From Candidatus Oxydemutatoraceae bacterium (GTDB lineage Bacteria > Pseudomonadota > Gammaproteobacteria > Poriferisulfidales > Oxydemutatoraceae), in the NCBI GenBank assembly GCA_965220085.1, contig CBDCOZ010000003.1, positions 1,408,001 through 1,472,000 on the forward strand: DNA of 64,000 nt, given 5' to 3'. The notes under the pieces were generated by a model. It saw only the letters and a list, made by a program, of their open reading frames with translations. It was not told the origin of the DNA and ran no database searches. Both the position numbers and the translations under genes were made by a program. The number at the start of each line of letters is the position of its first letter. Position 1 is the stretch's first letter. Below, one piece after another: positions 58,601 to 61,600 of the stretch.

Positions 58601-61600
58601 GGGGAAATCCGCTTCGCACACATCGGCGGTGGCGCGCAACACCGCGCGATAGACATTGTCGCTATCGCCGTCGGCCGGTCGCTCATAATCCGCCGCGGAG
58701 GTCGGGAAGGTCAATATGCCGCCGTCAAAGGCAAAGAATTGCGCGTCCAAATGGTCGGCAACCAAGCCGAGTCTTACGTCATCCGCGCCGCCGCACTGCG
58801 CGATCAGATTGCCGACCGCATACGCGCCGATTTGGGTCGGACGCGCGGCGCTCCCCTCGGCTATCTCCGCCGTTGCGGGACCGGTCAATGTCAACTCGCC
58901 GTACTTGCTCGTCGTGACCCCGAGCGGGCGCGACCACGGGCCTTCGCCGGCGGCGTTGCCCGCCCTGACGCGGAAGCGATACGCGGCAAACGGATCAAGG
59001 CCCGTCACTGTCGTTGCGGTAGCGGCCGAAGCAAAGGCGAATTCGGTCCATGCGCTCGCGCCGAGCAAGCGGTACTGCACATCGTAGTCGGTGATCGCCG
59101 AGTCCCCGCTTGGCGGCGCGTCCCAACTCAGCGCCGCCCGATCCCACTCAATGGCTCCCGCGGTCGGGGCGTCCGGGCGCATCGGCGTTTCGGGATCCTG
59201 GTCGGTGACATCCACCGACACTGCTGTCATCTCTTCATCAAGGCGCCCCTGATTGAATATCACCATCAGCACATAATCATTATTGCCGTCGGCATCGAGC
59301 GGCATTTCATGGTCCGGCGGGTCGTTAAAGAAGAGCTCGCCGTCCTCGTTGATATTGAACAGGGCGGCATCGGTACCGCTTAGCGTGAAAACTCCGGCTT
59401 TGCCGGTCGTGAATTGCTCGATCCGCGCATCCCGATTTTCCTCATAGTCCAAAGTGTTTCGACCGCTGATGACGGTTCTGGAAATCGTAGCAAGCGCATA
59501 GACTCTCGTGTCGGCGCTGGCGTGTTCGGGCGTGACGGTTATCCGAATCTCCCCGCCGTCGTACGCCAATTCGGAAATGCGCGTTCCGTCAATGGCCAAA
59601 CCCGCACCGCCGATTGATACTCTCGCACCCGGGTGCGATGCGGTAGCGGTGAGAGTCACTTCGGTCGCGGTCACCCCCGACGGCGGTGTGTCCAGCAGCA
59701 AACCGTAGCGCATAACCGACGGGTCAAAAGCGGGGTGTAGCGTCCCCGCCGGCACCGACAGGTCCGTCACCGCCGACACCGACAGGTTGCTGAGAGTAGC
59801 GTCATCGGACGGCGATTGCACTGTGCTGCGGGTCACCTCGGCACCGTTGATGATCGCCGCAATCGCATATGTGTAGTTGGCATCCATAACCACCGACGAC
59901 ACATCATTGGCCGTGGTTGTCGGGATATCGCGCTTGTGCAGAAGGCCGTCGCGATAAACATGGTAGCTTACCGGCGGCGCGGGATCCCAGTGGGATGTGT
60001 CGGGCGCATCCCAACTCAAGGTCCTGGGGCTGCCCCTGCCCGTGGCTATCGCATCGACCGGCCCTTCGCGCAGTTGATAACCGAACTCCTGCCAACTCGT
60101 GATGCCGTCGTTGTTGAAATCGGTTTTCAACGCCGGGTATTGCCCGCTGTCGCCAAAATCCCAGTAGTCCGCCGGGTTGCCGTTGGCATCCTCGTTCCAG
60201 TCGGCGTAGATGCCGCTATAGCCGGTCGGGGTTTGTAACTCGCTGCTCGTCTTGCCGCTCACAGCGCCGCTATCGCCCGCAAAATCGCCGACGCCAAAAG
60301 CCGTATCCGCGCCGCCGACATCGGTGTCCCAATAGACCGCGCCAAACTGAGCGGATTCGCTGTCGGAGTTCGCGCCGCCTATGCCGCCAATTTCGGGCGC
60401 GGGGAACATCTGCGCGGTGGCGTAAGCGGCGCGCAGGGTCATGTCCTCTATGGCCCCGACCAAGCCGCCCGCGGCGCCGGCCATTGCCCACACATAACCG
60501 GTCGCATAGACATGCTCTATGACGGCATTGGCGGCGGCGCGGCCGACGAGGCGGCCGACGACGCCGGCATCGGCCTGCGCAAAGCCGGTCGCATAACTGC
60601 GGCGCAACTCTCCCCCTTCCATATGGCCAATCAGCGAGGCGACGCTATCGGTGGAGGCTCTGATATTCGCCGCCGAGTACGCATCTTCTATCACGGTGCC
60701 ATCCGCAATGCCGATCACGCCGCCGCTATTGCGGCCGGCGTCGGTGATTTCCCCGGTCACGCCGAGATTGGAAATCGTCGTCGCGCCGGTGCGTGAGAAC
60801 AAGCCCCGCCGCGGAAAATCCCCGTCAATAAGCAGGTTATAAATCGTATGACCGTTGCCGTTGAAGACCGCCGTGATGCCGTCGGCGCCGCCGGAGAGCG
60901 GCTCCCATTGGACTCGGGTTTCGCCGTCCGCCAGCAACGGGGAAGCGGATATGCTGCCGCTCGCATAGTCCGTCGCATCCTCAAAATCCAAATCGCCGGT
61001 CAATTCATAACCGTCGCAACCGCCGACGCAACCCATGCCGGCGATGGCGTCGGGGAAAGCCAGCGCATACGTCGCGGCAGCCGTGCTTGCGACCATGCCG
61101 TCGCCGTCGGGGTCATAACGGATCGCATCGAGTTGCTCCAGATTGCCGATCTCTATCAGGCCGTCGTCGTCGCGGTCGTAGTCGCCTTGCCGCGGCGGAA
61201 ACTCAACGCGCGCGCTGGCGCCGACCTCTATGCCGTCGATCAGAACCGCTATTTGGTAGACATGGGTATCGGCGGACGCCGCCGTGTCAATGTGGCTCAG
61301 CGCTTCCACCGCGGTTGCCAGCGGCAACATGGAAGCCATGCCCGTCCTCGGCAAGCCGCGATACGCCCGGTAACTGATCGCGGGGGGCGGCGTCCACGCG
61401 CTCGTATCGACCGCCGTCCAACTCAAGAACCTGAGGTTGCCGAAGCCGCTGACCGTCAATTCCGGCAGGGCGCGCAACTGATAGCCGAATTCCTCCCAAC
61501 TCGCCTCGTTGTCGCCGTCAAAGTCAATCTTCAGAACCGGGTATTCGTCGCTGTCGCCAAAGTCCCAGTAGTCCGTCGCGCCGTCGTCGTCCCAGTCGGC

